Assembly (NCBI GenBank): GCA_964549475.1
Contig: CAZJXH010000004.1
Location: 1-34,924 of the forward strand
Length of the DNA stretch: 34,924 nucleotides
Reading direction: 5' to 3'
Origin: an uncultured Oscillospiraceae bacterium
GTDB lineage: Bacteria; Bacillota; Clostridia; Saccharofermentanales; UBA5734
Part shown: positions 34,685-34,924 of the stretch, piece after piece
Position numbering within the stretch: the first letter of the stretch is position 1
How the letters are laid out: every line of letters begins with the position of its first letter
The notes under the pieces: generated by a model
Database searches by the model: none
What the model was told of the DNA's origin: nothing
Seen by the model: the letters and a program-made list of their open reading frames with translations, nothing else
Translations under genes and position numbers: made by a program

Positions 34685-34924
34685 AAAAATTATCTCCTTT
34701 TTATTGTTTATTTTTATTATATCATATCCATTTCACCACTTCTCTTTATTAATGCTCGTTAAATCTCTTGACCGCTTCCGTATTCGCGGATATTCCATCC
34801 CAGTTTGTTCTCTGGTTTTTGCAATAAAAAGTCACACATTGTGTTGTGGCTTTAAAGAAGCGTCGTTTCAATCCCTACCGCTAATGCTTTTGCCATTTTT
34901 TTATTGAGATGAGTGCCGTCAATC

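Noticed and set aside
34837-34847. 11-bp perfect palindrome ACACATTGTGT near the window end
   Set aside because: It is short and isolated in very AT-rich DNA, with no flanking gene start in the window to give it context.

Overview
This 34.9 kb window looks like chromosomal DNA from a Firmicutes/Clostridia-type anaerobe, at roughly 45-48 % GC with a few AT-rich islands. Genes are dense on both strands and mostly housekeeping or stress-related. I found no tRNA or rRNA genes, no CRISPR array and no recognisable transposase.

In order along the window:
- a 1165-aa BspA-type leucine-rich-repeat surface protein with four ~281-aa modules, a Listeria-Bacteroides repeat domain, a Pro/Ser-rich 60-bp-repeat linker and a C-terminal TM anchor;
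- a DEAD-box RNA helicase;
- two tandem ABC-F ATPases;
- a minus-strand cluster of a TIGR03905/TSCPD protein, the Mg2+ P-type ATPase MgtA, a small membrane protein and a DUF1003 protein;
- a compact ArsR - ArsP (TPFCSCS organoarsenical permease) - small thioredoxin-like module with a near-consensus promoter and a palindromic operator;
- a CoA-disulfide-reductase/rhodanese fusion translationally coupled to a second CVC-type ArsR;
- a P-type IIA (Ca2+-type) ATPase followed by two RCK/TrkA proteins;
- PadR - DUF1700 - DUF4097;
- an FeS-domain protein with a class-V cysteine desulfurase;
- an AEC transporter;
- a 696-aa flotillin;
- an archaeal-type triose-phosphate isomerase divergent from a DeoR regulator;
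- a membrane GGDEF cyclase;
- a nitroreductase;
- three hypothetical membrane or coiled-coil proteins at the 3' edge.

The most unusual item I can support is a ~142-bp MITE-like element with 25-bp terminal inverted repeats and a perfect 9-bp target-site duplication. It sits between the promoter and the RBS of the CoADR-rhodanese gene. A second, 5'-truncated copy lies 6.2 kb upstream, where it supplies the last ~17 codons and the stop codon of the TSCPD gene. The central hairpin loop is in opposite orientation in the two copies.

Other unexplained structure:
- three perfect 24-bp tandem repeats in a divergent promoter region;
- an A-B-B-A array of 13-bp repeats upstream of the helicase;
- TCTATAT-containing repeats around the arsR promoter;
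- a PadR-type palindrome across the padR -10.

I could not identify a classical defence system from the sequence alone. The low-GC two-gene module at the very 3' edge is the least explained coding region and is cut by the window end.
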